Positions 63,951-64,000 of a stretch of DNA of 64,000 bases are shown here, piece after piece. The stretch comes from Eledone cirrhosa (lineage: Eukaryota): the NCBI GenBank assembly GCA_964016885.1, contig OZ024742.1, forward strand, positions 300,142,001 to 300,206,000. Direction: 5' to 3'. Positions within the stretch are counted from its first letter, which is position 1. Every line of letters begins with the position of its first letter. The notes under the pieces are model-generated. The model was not told the DNA's origin. It was given only the letters and a program-made list of their open reading frames with translations, and did no database searches. Position numbers and translations under genes: made by a program.

Positions 63951-64000
63951 CCTGTCTGGCTTTCTGGAGAATAGAGGAAAGGTGTTTCCTCGAAAACCAG

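Larger units (their letters stand above)
63730..64000. repeat. Inverted repeat (arms at least 118 bp; runs off the window end)
   Basis: ctggttttcgagg...cctttctaga / tctagaaagg...cctcgaaaaccag. Confidence 0.92.

Overview
Gene-free eukaryotic retroelement graveyard built on very long (TA)n/(TACA)n microsatellite arrays; the SINE and LINE families look like those of octopus (inference). No host exon is supported; most ORF-track entries are microsatellite translations (YIYI). Contents: about 10 RTE-clade LINE copies or fragments in 4 families (three carry a C4HC3 PHD-like finger after the RT core), two Tx1/L1-clade LINEs, a tRNA-derived SINE cluster, and at least seven Penelope-like element (PLE) copies or fragments of two types (Neptune-like and Naiad-like). 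Main discoveries: (1) a dense set of type I hammerhead ribozyme motifs in PLE termini and short non-coding units, several with very long covarying stem II, a recurrent non-Watson-Crick first pair of stem II, or altered cores; (2) a full-length PLE with direct terminal repeats and a separate upstream helical ORF joined to the RT-GIY-YIG ORF at a T-TTT-TTA slippery or acceptor-like site, echoed by a second element truncated at that site; (3) many fold-back palindromes and long duplications at insertion junctions. Folds were derived by eye and boundaries are approximate to a few bases.
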